DNA of 64,000 nucleotides, from contig JBGTKC010000087.1 of NCBI GenBank assembly GCA_041744755.1, forward strand, positions 2,600 through 66,599, read 5' to 3'. The notes below the pieces were generated by a model. That model was not told the DNA's origin, did no database searches, and saw nothing but the letters and a program-made list of their open reading frames with translations. Both the position numbers and the translations under genes were made by a program. Positions 46,959-56,706 of this stretch are shown here, piece by piece; within the stretch, counting starts at the first letter, position 1; every line of letters starts with the position of its first letter. The stretch is from Saprospiraceae bacterium (GTDB lineage Bacteria; Bacteroidota; Bacteroidia; Chitinophagales; Saprospiraceae).

Positions 46959-47696
46959 ATGAAGTACTTAATCCTTATTCAAATCGGCCTCGCAGGCGGT
47001 CTACTGCTCGGGAGTACAAGTTCGTGGGCGCAGCAGATGGACCTCGACCGAGTCGTCCCCCCACTGGAGAGTAATCCGCGGACGCTTGAGGACTATTTGG
47101 TCCAGCAGGCGTGGTCCAACAACGGGCAGCGTCGAGAACTCGAGGGTGAGGTAGTCGTCCTCGAGGCGGAGGCCGACCTGGTCGACCGCTCGTGGCTGGA
47201 TCAGATCGGTACAAATCTCAACTTCTCAAGCCAAAGCCAAGAGTTCGCTTTCGTTGGTAACAGCTATACGGGACCTGGCTTCAATGTTGGCCTGTCGCTG
47301 AACCTCGGAGGCTTCGTTAATCAGAAAGGCAGGAGTCGTGTGGCTGACGCCAAAACTGAAGTGGCGCGCACACGCATCGACCAGGAGAAGCCCTCCATCC
47401 GCGGTGAGGTGGAACTCACGCTCGAGGCCGTCGAGACGACTCGTGAGTTGCTCAGGATTCGCCGCCGCGCCGAGGTCGACGCGGAGACCAACTACACCCT
47501 CGTACAAAGCCTCTACGAACAGGGGAAGGCCCAATTCGAAGACTTGGCCCAGGCCAGCGAAGTATTTTTCCAGGCCGTCAGCGCTACGGCCTTGGCGAAA
47601 TCGAATCAGACTCGCGCCACGATCGAGCTCCAAACCATCACGGGGCTCACCGCACAGCAGATCGAGGACGCGCGGCGCAAGTACGCCGTGAAGTAG
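46959..47696 (+). CDS. Short TolC-like outer-membrane protein (single repeat)
   Basis: Signal peptide MKYLILIQIGLAGGLLLGSTSSWAQ. Helix / beta-hairpin / helix pattern resembling one TolC repeat. Only 245 aa. Confidence 0.5.
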   Translation: MKYLILIQIGLAGGLLLGSTSSWAQQMDLDRVVPPLESNPRTLEDYLVQQAWSNNGQRRELEGEVVVLEAEADLVDRSWLDQIGTNLNFSSQSQEFAFVGNSYTGPGFNVGLSLNLGGFVNQKGRSRVADAKTEVARTRIDQEKPSIRGEVELTLEAVETTRELLRIRRRAEVDAETNYTLVQSLYEQGKAQFEDLAQASEVFFQAVSATALAKSNQTRATIELQTITGLTAQQIEDARRKYAVK

Positions 47697-47708
47697 ACGG
47701 GTGGTAAG

Positions 47709-49922
47709 CTAGTCCGCGGTCATCAGCTCAAAGCCCGGCGCGCCGATCCGGCAGAACATTAGGAACGAGCGCGCCGGTAGCTTGACTTTTGCGTCCGCCC
47801 TGTATATCTGGCCACTGTCGACGTGCCCGCCGAAGGTGTCGACCACGAGCGACCAGCTCGTCTTGACCGGGTCGCCGGGTAGGTGGAACACCAGCGGCTC
47901 CCAGTGGCTATTGACGATCTGGAGGAAGACATCGTCGCGGATGCGGACACCCTTAACGTCGTACTCGTCCATCGCCTCACCGTTAAGGAGTATCCCGAGA
48001 CACTTGTTGCGCGGGTTTTGCCACTCCGCATCGCTCATCTCCCGCCCGTCGGGCCGGATCCAGAGGATGTCGCTCACGTCGCTCTCTGGCATGGGGCGAC
48101 CGGTGAAGAAGCCGCGCCGCCGCAGCACTGGGTTCTCCTGCCGCAGCTTAATGAGGGCTTTCACGAAAAGGTGAAGTCGGGTCTGCTCCTCCGACCAGTC
48201 CCAGTCGAGATAGCTCACCGCACTGTCCTGGCAGTAGGCATTGTTGTTGCCGAGCTGCGTACGTCCGCACTCGTCCCCCATCGCTAGCATTGGCACGCCC
48301 TGGCTGAGGAACAGCGTCGAGAGGAAATTTCGCTGCTGACGCGCGCGCAGCTTTCGGATCGTCGAGTTGTCGGTGGGACCCTCGACGCCGCAGTTCCAGC
48401 TTTCGTTGTGGTTGTCGCCGTCGCGGTTGTCCTCGCCGTTCGCGAGATTATGCTTGTCGTTGTATGCCACCAGGTCGGCGAGCGTAAATCCATCGTGCGA
48501 GGTCACGAAGTTGATGGAGGCCATGGGCGTACGACCGTTCGCCTTGTACAAGTCACTCGAGCCCGTGAAGCGGTACGCAAGTTCGGGGACCTTGCCCTCC
48601 GCTCCTCGCCAGAAGCCGCGGACGCAGTCGCGGAACTTGCCGTTCCACTCCGCCCAGCCGATGGGGAAGTTTCCGACCTGGTAGCCGCCGGGGCCTACGT
48701 CCCACGGTTCGGCGATGAGTTTGACGCGCGAGATGATCGGGTCCTGGTGGATGGTGTCCAAGAAGACTGACAGTTTGCCGACGTCAAATAGGCCGCGCGC
48801 TAAGGCCGCGGCAAGGTCGAAGCGGAAGCCGTCGACGTGCATCTCAGTCACCCAGTAACGTAGGCTGTCCATGACGAGCTGCAGTACGCGCGGCTCAACC
48901 ATGTTGAGGGTATTGCCCGTGCCTGTGTAGTCGGTGTAGACGGTCCTGTCTTCAGGGTCGAGTCGATAGTAGCCGCGGTTATCGACGCCCTTGAGGTTGA
49001 GGAAAGGACCGAGGTAGTTGCCCTCCCCGGTATGATTGTAGACGACGTCGAGGATCACCTCCAGACCAGCGGCATGCAAGGTCTTCACCATGGCCTTGAA
49101 CTCCCGGACCTGGTCGTTGCCGCCGGGCTTACTGGAATACTCGTTGTGCGGGGCGAAATAACTAAGCGTATTGTAGCCCCAGTAGTTGCGCAGCTTGAGG
49201 TCGTGCAGGCGGTGGTCCTGCACGAAGTGGTGTACCGGCAGCAGTTCCACGCTCGTCACGCCGAGGTCCAGCAGGTACTCCAACACCACTGGGTGCGCCA
49301 AGCCGGCATAAGTCCCGCGGATGGCTGGCGGGACGCGATCGTTGAGGGCCGTGAAGCCCTTCACGTGGAGCTCGTAAATGATCGTATCTTGCATTGGGAC
49401 GCGCGGTCGCGTGTCCTCCCCCCAGTCGAAGTCGTCATCGATCACGACCGACTTACAGATATGCGCATCGTTGCGGCTCAGGTCCTGCAGCAGTCGCGCG
49501 GCTGCCCCCTTGCCGCCTCGCTGGTAAGAGTACATCTCCGGGCCCCAGACGATGTCCCCCTCGATGGCCTTGGCGTATGGGTCCACGAGGAGCTTGTACG
49601 GATTGAACTGCCGCCCCTTTTCGGGTGCCCACTCGCCGTACACCCGGAACCCGTAGAGCGTCCCTGCCGATACTCCGGGTACGAAGATGTGCCACACGTG
49701 TTCGGTCTGGTCACGCATCGAGAAGCGCATCTTCTCGACGTCGGGCTCCTCTGGAGAGAAGAGACACAAGTCGACCCCGGTGGCGCGGAGGCTGTAGACC
49801 GCGAAATTCGTACCGCCGTCGCGGTGCGTCGCCCCGAGCGGGTAGGGCTCGCCGGGCCAGGGGTGGGTGGTGCGCCAGGCGCTAACTTGGGCGTCGAAGT
49901 CGGGGTGAAGTAGGGTGTGCAT
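47709..49922 (-). CDS. glgX: Glycogen debranching enzyme GlgX (copy 1)
   Basis: 737 aa GH13. VILDVVYNHT, DGFRFDLA, EPWD, FVTSHDGFTL motifs. Confidence 0.95.
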   Translation of the reverse strand: MHTLLHPDFDAQVSAWRTTHPWPGEPYPLGATHRDGGTNFAVYSLRATGVDLCLFSPEEPDVEKMRFSMRDQTEHVWHIFVPGVSAGTLYGFRVYGEWAPEKGRQFNPYKLLVDPYAKAIEGDIVWGPEMYSYQRGGKGAAARLLQDLSRNDAHICKSVVIDDDFDWGEDTRPRVPMQDTIIYELHVKGFTALNDRVPPAIRGTYAGLAHPVVLEYLLDLGVTSVELLPVHHFVQDHRLHDLKLRNYWGYNTLSYFAPHNEYSSKPGGNDQVREFKAMVKTLHAAGLEVILDVVYNHTGEGNYLGPFLNLKGVDNRGYYRLDPEDRTVYTDYTGTGNTLNMVEPRVLQLVMDSLRYWVTEMHVDGFRFDLAAALARGLFDVGKLSVFLDTIHQDPIISRVKLIAEPWDVGPGGYQVGNFPIGWAEWNGKFRDCVRGFWRGAEGKVPELAYRFTGSSDLYKANGRTPMASINFVTSHDGFTLADLVAYNDKHNLANGEDNRDGDNHNESWNCGVEGPTDNSTIRKLRARQQRNFLSTLFLSQGVPMLAMGDECGRTQLGNNNAYCQDSAVSYLDWDWSEEQTRLHLFVKALIKLRQENPVLRRRGFFTGRPMPESDVSDILWIRPDGREMSDAEWQNPRNKCLGILLNGEAMDEYDVKGVRIRDDVFLQIVNSHWEPLVFHLPGDPVKTSWSLVVDTFGGHVDSGQIYRADAKVKLPARSFLMFCRIGAPGFELMTAD

Positions 49923-49967
49923 CGCGTGACCCTGCCGCCGGGCCTAGGGCTTATTTGGCGGCCCAAG

Positions 49968-52466
49968 CTACTCTTTGGCCACGAAGACCGCCGCCGGGCT
50001 CACGGCAAGCATCTCGCTCACGGCCGAGACGGTCGCAAAGTCGACCGTCCGCGCGGAGAGTGCGTCGACGCGCTCGCCCAGGATCGGTAAGGAGATTTCG
50101 GCACCCACAAAGTCGTCACCCTGTGGCCACCTCTTCGAGGCATCCGAGCGGATCGACACGATCACCAGGGCCTGGTCGTCACCGAACACCCGGCGGAACG
50201 CCACCACGCGCCCGTCGCCACCGGTAACGTCCACCGGCACGTAACTGCCCAGCAACCAGAGCGCAGGGTCGTCACGGCGTAAGTTAAGTAATGCGTGCAG
50301 CAGCCCTTGCTTCGCCCGGTCGAACTCGAACGAGCCCGCCGCCTCGTCCACCGCCGAGAAAGCCCGCCAAGGGTCCGTGCGCGCGAGGCTCACCAGACTC
50401 AGTTGCCGCGCGGGGTAGTCGACCGGACGGCGGTTGTCGGGGTCCACTAGTGAGTAGTCGCCGTACTCAGCGCCCTGGTAAACATCCGGTGAGCCCGGGG
50501 CGGTGCAACGGAGGACGAGGCCCCGGATCGCGTTCAGGCTCGCCTGCGCGCTGATGCCCTCGTCGTAGCGCTGGAGCGCCGCCACGAATGTTGCGTCGGC
50601 GAGCCATCCTCGCACGACTCTGTCGCACCGCTGTTCGAGCGATGTATTCGGGTCCTCCCAACTGCTGTGTCGTTTGCCTTCCCTGAGGGCCTTTTCGGCA
50701 AAACTCGCCATGCGCGTCGCAAAGCCGCTGTCACCGTTGCCTGCGTCTGCCATGCGGCTCGGCCACGCGCCGAGTAGTGACTGCAGTAGCAGCAGGAAGG
50801 TATCCCCCGGGAGGGGCTCCCCTGCGGGCAGGCGGTCGTAGGCCGTTTTGGCGAAAGCCGTCCAGGACGCCGGATCTGCGCTCAGGGCGTGCAATCTCGC
50901 GCGCGCATCCTCCCCGCGCTTGGTGTCGTGGGTCGACCCCGCGTTAAGTTCGGTCGGCGCCCGCTCGACCATGCGGTCGTGCCAACCCTCTACCGAGAGG
51001 GCGTATGCGATGTCGGGGTTGTCGCCGACCTCGTTGCTCGCAAGGTAGTCGACGTGCTGGTAAAAGGTCGTGTCCTCGATCCCCTTGGCCATCAGCGGGC
51101 CACTAAGCTGCATCGCGCGCTGGAGAAACGTCGCGGTCCGGTCGTCGAGACGCGTGATGCTCCGCAGCCAAGAGCGAAGCCGCTGGAGGCCATCGGTCTG
51201 CACCGCACCAAGCGCTACCGCGCGATCTATCGCGTGGACGAGCAGCGACCTGTCGCTTTCGCTAAAACTTCCGAACCGCACGTAGGCCCGGTATACCGGA
51301 AATCCGGCGAGCCACTCGGCGACGGTCTCGCGGAGGAGTGGCTGGTCCATGCCGAGCGGCAGGCCCGCGAGAGCGCCCTGGGCATGGTGCACTAGATTTT
51401 CGAGCTCCCCCGCCATACTGGCGCGGAGGAACCGTAGCTTGTTGCCGAACACCTGTAGGTCGACCGGTAGCTCGCTGCCGCCGATGTGCTCGGTGAAGTG
51501 GCGGGCGGTGGCGGTCACGGCAGCGTGGCCCGCGGGGTGGCGGAGCAATTGATTGACGTGAGCCATGAAATCGTAGCCGCTGCTACCTTCAATCGGCCAC
51601 TCTTGCGGGAGAGTCTCGCCGTGTTCCAGGATTTTTTCGACGACGATGTACGGCTCCGGACCGACGGCCTCGCGGAGGCGCTTTAGGTATCCTGTTGGGT
51701 CGAGCAGGCCGTCGATGTGGTCGATGCGGACCCCGTCGATATCGCCTCTCCCCAGCCACTCGATAATGAGCTCGTGGGTCGCCGCGAAAGTTTCCGGACG
51801 CTCGGCGCGTAGGCAGATGAGTCCGTTAACGGTGAAGAAGCGGCGGTAGTTGATTGTGCTATTCGTCGTCTTCCAAAAGGTAAGGGCGTAGTGTTGTGCG
51901 TCGAGGACGTCAGCAAGCTTAGCCGATTGCAGATCTGGAAATTTCCCTAAACTGCGTGAGCTCAAGGGCAAAACCTGGTCGTACACCTGGATGCCATCCG
52001 CCTGTGGCGTGAGTGCCACTTGTCCGGCAGCGATTACCTCGGTGAGCTCATCCCCGAGGATCGGCAACATAACGCGACCGCGGAAGTCGGGATGCCGCCA
52101 GTCTATGTCGAAGTGCTTGGCCGCCGTGGAGGCCTCGCCGTGGGTCAGGATCTCCCGCACCCACGGATTCTCTAGGCTATAGGCCATGTGGTTGGGCACA
52201 ATATCCTGGAGCCAGCCCATCCCGAGGGCCCGGCGATGCTCGTGCAGCGCCCGCCACTCGGCCTCGGTGCCGAGCTCGGGGTTGAGGCGCGAGGGGTCGA
52301 TCTGGTCGTAGCCGTGCGTGCTGCCGGCGGTGGCAGCCAGTACGGGACTCGCGTATATCCAGTCGATGCCGAGGGCATGCAGGTACTCGAGCTGCTGGTG
52401 GAGTTGTTGGATCTTGAAGCCCACGTGTAACTGGACGCGGTAAGTGCTTAAGGGCTGTTTGGTCAT
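49968..52466 (-). CDS. treY: Malto-oligosyltrehalose synthase
   Basis: 832 aa. STYRVQLHVGF...YASPVL start and DGVRIDHIDGL motif. Confidence 0.95.
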   Translation of the reverse strand: MTKQPLSTYRVQLHVGFKIQQLHQQLEYLHALGIDWIYASPVLAATAGSTHGYDQIDPSRLNPELGTEAEWRALHEHRRALGMGWLQDIVPNHMAYSLENPWVREILTHGEASTAAKHFDIDWRHPDFRGRVMLPILGDELTEVIAAGQVALTPQADGIQVYDQVLPLSSRSLGKFPDLQSAKLADVLDAQHYALTFWKTTNSTINYRRFFTVNGLICLRAERPETFAATHELIIEWLGRGDIDGVRIDHIDGLLDPTGYLKRLREAVGPEPYIVVEKILEHGETLPQEWPIEGSSGYDFMAHVNQLLRHPAGHAAVTATARHFTEHIGGSELPVDLQVFGNKLRFLRASMAGELENLVHHAQGALAGLPLGMDQPLLRETVAEWLAGFPVYRAYVRFGSFSESDRSLLVHAIDRAVALGAVQTDGLQRLRSWLRSITRLDDRTATFLQRAMQLSGPLMAKGIEDTTFYQHVDYLASNEVGDNPDIAYALSVEGWHDRMVERAPTELNAGSTHDTKRGEDARARLHALSADPASWTAFAKTAYDRLPAGEPLPGDTFLLLLQSLLGAWPSRMADAGNGDSGFATRMASFAEKALREGKRHSSWEDPNTSLEQRCDRVVRGWLADATFVAALQRYDEGISAQASLNAIRGLVLRCTAPGSPDVYQGAEYGDYSLVDPDNRRPVDYPARQLSLVSLARTDPWRAFSAVDEAAGSFEFDRAKQGLLHALLNLRRDDPALWLLGSYVPVDVTGGDGRVVAFRRVFGDDQALVIVSIRSDASKRWPQGDDFVGAEISLPILGERVDALSARTVDFATVSAVSEMLAVSPAAVFVAKE
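50845..50859 (+). repeat. Exact copy of GTTTTGGCGAAAGCC
   Basis: Inside treY, antisense. The gene reads AFAKT. Confidence 0.9.
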
Positions 52467-52489
52467 TGATGTAGCGTAAGCTGGAGCAG

Positions 52490-54289
52490 CTAGTAAGAGA
52501 CGAGCCAGAGGGCGATGCCGCGAGCCGGCACCCGACTGCCGTCTATTGGTTGACTACTGCATGTCGGCGCTCTGGCTGTCAGGTCCCGTGATGGCTCGGC
52601 ATCGCGCAAATCGAAGGGCCCGGTGCCCAGGTTGGCCACCACCACGATTTCTGCGCCGTCCGTACGGGGCATTCGCCAAGACAAAACTTCCGGAGCCAAT
52701 AAAGCCACGGAATGATCGTCGATCCCGCGCAGGCGCATCGGGAAGAGCTCGTTACGGACCCGGATAGCTTCGCGGTAGAAGTTGTACACTTCGCCGCGAC
52801 GGCGGTGGCTGAGCTTCGCGGAGAGAAAGGTGGTTTCAGCCCCGGGATCGGGCACGCGTTCGCCATCGCCTAAAAATGCTGCAAACTCTCGTGCCCGCCC
52901 CTCGCGGGTGGCTTTTAGGATGCCCTGGTCGCCGTGAGAAACGAAATACGGGAAAGGGGCGGGTTCAGCGTACTCCTCACCCATCCAAAGCATCGGCGTG
53001 AACGGGCTCCACAAGTACATGCCCGCCACGAGCAGATACTCCGCGTGCGTAAGGTGTTCGTGGAGTCGCTCACCGAGCGCCCGATTGCCGATCTGGTCGT
53101 GATTCTGCCCGAAGACGACGAACTGCTGTACCTGCGCTTTGGTGGGGCGGCGTCCGAACGTGCGTCCGCGGTGCTCGCTGTACTGGCCCGTGTAAACGTA
53201 TGCGTCCCTCAAAGCTCTATAGATGTGATCGATGTCCCCGAAGTCGGAGTAGTACCCGGTACGGTCTTCGGTGAGGAACGTACGTATGCCGTGGTGGAAC
53301 TCGTCGACCCACTGGCCCGACATGCCCAGACCATTCTCGCTAGTGGGGCGAGTGTAACGCGGGTCGTTAAGGTCGCACTCGGCGATGAGCAAGTAGGTGC
53401 GACCGCGCTGCCGTCCCCACTCCGCAACGGTATCGCTGATCTCGGCTAGGAGGTGCGTGGCGGAAGAGTCCAGCAGCGCGTGAACGGCGTCCAGGCGCAG
53501 GCCATCGGCACCGACGTCGACGAGCCAGGTGCGCACCACCGATAGCACTAAATCGCGGACGCCGTCGCTGCCAGGTCCGTCGGTATTGAGTGCCGGGCCC
53601 CATGGCGTGCGCTTCTGCTCGGAGAGATAGTTCGCGAAGGTCCCGAGGTAGTTACCCTCCGGGCCGAGGTGGTTGAACACTGCGTCGATGATGACGGCGA
53701 GCCCGCGTCCGTGGGCGGCTGCGACGAGTTTGCGGAGGCCGACGATCCCACCGTACGACCATTGCGCCGCCTGCCAGTACACCCCGTCATAGCCCCAATT
53801 GCGCTGCCCGGGGAAGGCATTCACGGGCATCAGTTCGATGGCGGAGACGCCGAGGGCCACGAGATCGTTCAGGTGCTCGATCGCGCCTTCGAAGGTACCC
53901 GCCCCGGAGAAGGTGCCGACGTGGAGTTCGTAAATGATGAGGTCGTCGAGGGGGCGACCGGCCCAGCCCTCGACGTCCGGCGGGAGCTCGCGGAGGTCGA
54001 CGACCGCCGAAGCGCCGTGCACGCCATCCGGTTGCGCGAGGCTCGCCGGGTCGGGCCTCGGTGCATCCTGGAGATTGGTTCGCAACAGGTATTGCTCCCC
54101 TTGCGCGATCTGGAGGCCGTCGGCGACGTGGTACCCGGCCGGAGTCTTAGACAACTCGTAGACAGTGCCGCTAGCTAGCAGCTGCAGACTTGCCAACGTG
54201 GCCGCCGGAGCAAGGAGACTTACGTCAAAACCTGAGGCGCCGCGCCAGACGCCTGGTCTGCGTCGGGGATGATTCGGGTCGGTGCTCAT
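52490..54289 (-). CDS. treZ: Malto-oligosyltrehalose trehalohydrolase
   Basis: GH13 motifs VIIDAVFNHLGPEGNY, DGLRLDAVH, LIAECD, QNHDQIGNR. ATG at 54289 overlaps the upstream TGA as ATGA. Confidence 0.95.
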   Translation of the reverse strand: MSTDPNHPRRRPGVWRGASGFDVSLLAPAATLASLQLLASGTVYELSKTPAGYHVADGLQIAQGEQYLLRTNLQDAPRPDPASLAQPDGVHGASAVVDLRELPPDVEGWAGRPLDDLIIYELHVGTFSGAGTFEGAIEHLNDLVALGVSAIELMPVNAFPGQRNWGYDGVYWQAAQWSYGGIVGLRKLVAAAHGRGLAVIIDAVFNHLGPEGNYLGTFANYLSEQKRTPWGPALNTDGPGSDGVRDLVLSVVRTWLVDVGADGLRLDAVHALLDSSATHLLAEISDTVAEWGRQRGRTYLLIAECDLNDPRYTRPTSENGLGMSGQWVDEFHHGIRTFLTEDRTGYYSDFGDIDHIYRALRDAYVYTGQYSEHRGRTFGRRPTKAQVQQFVVFGQNHDQIGNRALGERLHEHLTHAEYLLVAGMYLWSPFTPMLWMGEEYAEPAPFPYFVSHGDQGILKATREGRAREFAAFLGDGERVPDPGAETTFLSAKLSHRRRGEVYNFYREAIRVRNELFPMRLRGIDDHSVALLAPEVLSWRMPRTDGAEIVVVANLGTGPFDLRDAEPSRDLTARAPTCSSQPIDGSRVPARGIALWLVSY

Positions 54290-56553
54290 GGTTTCGTCGA
54301 CTTTACCTGCTCGAGCCAGGGCCGACCCTCTGTCCTGGAGCTGGGGACCCGCTCGCGGAGAAAGGCCACCACGGAGCGCGAACTGAGCGTGAAGGTCTCC
54401 TGCGCGGGGACGGGTACCTCCTGGGGGAAGAGGCCTCGACTCGTGTCCACGACGCATCGCCAGGCGGTGACCTCGGGGTTGCCCGGGAGCGTGAACTCAG
54501 CGTCTTCCCAGTGGGAGTTGAAACCCAGGAACCAGATGTCGTCCTTGATCGGCATCCCGCGTTCGTTCATCTCGGCGAGGGCTTCGCCGTTGAGGACGAT
54601 ACCGAGGACGCGGGAGTCGGGGTCGGTCCAAAAGTTGTCGCCTACCTCGCGTCCGTCCGCGCCGATCCAGTAAATATCCGAGCGTTTGTCGCTGGACACC
54701 GTACGACCGCTGAAGAAGCGCCGTCGGTGAAGTACGAGATTGTTGCGGCGCACTTCGATCAGGGTTTTGACGAAAGTCCGCAGTCCGACCTGCTCGGGCG
54801 TCCAATTCCACTTGAAGTAAGCTAATTCATTGTCCTGACAGTAGACATTGTTGTTGCCGAGCTGCGTGCGGCCGACCTCGTCGCCGTACGTAATCATCGG
54901 CACGCCCTGGCTGAGCAGCAAGGTCGCGAAGAAGTTGCGTTGCTGCTGGAGACGCAGCGCGTTGACCTCCGCATTCTCCGTCGGACCCTCGATGCCGCAG
55001 TTCCAACTCTCGTTATGGGATTCACCGTCATTGTTGTTCTCGCCGTTCGCCCCGTTGCGTTTGGCGTTATAGCTCACGAGGTCCCGCATTGTGAAACCAT
55101 CGTGCGCGGTGACGAAGTTGATACTCGACCAGGGCTGTCGCCCGCCGGCCTCGTAGAGGTCGCTCGAACCCGTAAGCCGGTACGCCAGTTCGGGTAGCTT
55201 GCCGTCGTCGCCCCTCCAGTACTGCCGGACGTTGTCGCGGTACTTACCGTTCCACTCGGACCAAAGCACCGGGAAATTACCAACTTGGTAGCCCCCCGGA
55301 CCGACATCCCAGGGTTCGGCGATAAGCTTTACCTGCGAGATAATCGGGTCCTGGTGAATAGTATCGAGGAAGGTGGATAGCTTACCGACCTCGAAGAGTC
55401 CGCGCGCCAGGGCCGAAGCGAGGTCGAAGCGGAACCCGTCGACGTGCATCTCCGTGACCCAGTACCGCAACGAGTCCATCACGAGTTGCAGCACGCGAGG
55501 GTGGAGCATATTCAGGGTGTTACCCGTGCCGGTGTAGTCCATGTAGAACTGCTCATTGCCTTCGACGAGCCGGTAATACGCTTGGTTGTCTATTCCCTTG
55601 AACGACAGCGTCGGGCCGTAGTGGTTGCCTTCGGCCGTGTGGTTGTACACCACGTCGAGGATCACCTCGAGGCCCGCTGCGTGGTAGGCCTTCACCATCT
55701 GCTTGAACTCCTTGACCTGGTGACCAGGCTCTTTGTCGGCGGCGTACTCGCTGTGGGGTGCGAAGAAGCCGAGGGAATTGTAGCCCCAGAAATTGCGCAG
55801 CCCTCTATCGACCAAGATCTGGTCGTGCACGAAGTGGTGCACCGGCATTAGCTCGATGGCCGTCACCCCGAGGTCGACGAAGTACGCGATCACCTCCGGG
55901 CACGCCAGCCCGGCGTAGGTGCCGCGTAGCGCCTCCGGTATCCTGTCGCAGAGCGCGGTCATACCCTTGACGTGCAGTTCGTAGATGATCGTCTCGTGCA
56001 TCGGGGTCTCGGGCAAGAGGTCACCGTCCCAGTTGAAGCCCGGGTCGACGATCACGCTCTTGTTTGCGAACGGGGCCGAGTCCGACTCCTCCATCGACAG
56101 GTAGCGCGTCTTGCTCAGATCCGATAGCGGATAGCCGAACATGGCCGGCGACCAGTCGATCGGCCCGTCGATGGCCTTGGCGTATGGATCCAACAGTAGC
56201 ATGTTCGGATTGAACAGCTGTCCGTGCACGGGGTCCCACTCGCCGTATACCCTGTAGCCGTAAAGCATTCCGGGCCGGATCCCGGGCAAGAAAATGTGGT
56301 AGACCTGATCGGTCCGCTCGATCATCGTGAAGCGGATCGCCTCCTCTCGTGGGCTGTCCGGATAGAAGAGGCACAGCTCGATGACGGTCGCATTCTCCGA
56401 GAAGATCGAGAAGTTAGTGCCTTTCTGTGAGTAGCTGGCCCCGAGCGGATAAGGGCGCCCCGGCCAGGGGATCAGTGAGTTGAGGAGTTGCGGGGAGAGG
56501 TGTTCGGGGGGCGTCACCGTTGCCCCTCCCGGCGGAGCTTGCGTATTAATCAT
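54286..56553 (-). CDS. glgX: Glycogen debranching enzyme GlgX/TreX (copy 2)
   Basis: 755 aa from ATG 56553, with the same GH13 motifs as copy 1. The track ORF extension to 56802 runs antisense through tRNA-Leu, so I reject it. Confidence 0.95.
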   Translation of the reverse strand: MINTQAPPGGATVTPPEHLSPQLLNSLIPWPGRPYPLGASYSQKGTNFSIFSENATVIELCLFYPDSPREEAIRFTMIERTDQVYHIFLPGIRPGMLYGYRVYGEWDPVHGQLFNPNMLLLDPYAKAIDGPIDWSPAMFGYPLSDLSKTRYLSMEESDSAPFANKSVIVDPGFNWDGDLLPETPMHETIIYELHVKGMTALCDRIPEALRGTYAGLACPEVIAYFVDLGVTAIELMPVHHFVHDQILVDRGLRNFWGYNSLGFFAPHSEYAADKEPGHQVKEFKQMVKAYHAAGLEVILDVVYNHTAEGNHYGPTLSFKGIDNQAYYRLVEGNEQFYMDYTGTGNTLNMLHPRVLQLVMDSLRYWVTEMHVDGFRFDLASALARGLFEVGKLSTFLDTIHQDPIISQVKLIAEPWDVGPGGYQVGNFPVLWSEWNGKYRDNVRQYWRGDDGKLPELAYRLTGSSDLYEAGGRQPWSSINFVTAHDGFTMRDLVSYNAKRNGANGENNNDGESHNESWNCGIEGPTENAEVNALRLQQQRNFFATLLLSQGVPMITYGDEVGRTQLGNNNVYCQDNELAYFKWNWTPEQVGLRTFVKTLIEVRRNNLVLHRRRFFSGRTVSSDKRSDIYWIGADGREVGDNFWTDPDSRVLGIVLNGEALAEMNERGMPIKDDIWFLGFNSHWEDAEFTLPGNPEVTAWRCVVDTSRGLFPQEVPVPAQETFTLSSRSVVAFLRERVPSSRTEGRPWLEQVKSTKP

Positions 56554-56706
56554 ACGCCCATGCAACACGCAGCCCCGCATGTGGGTGCGCGGGGATAAGT
56601 TGGCCGCGTGGGGAAGCCGAGAATTTGCCCTGGCGATTTGCGATGCCGCGGCTACATTTGCGGCCGCTTTCGACGGAAGGCGAGCGCGGGCCTCGCGGTC
56701 CGGCGC

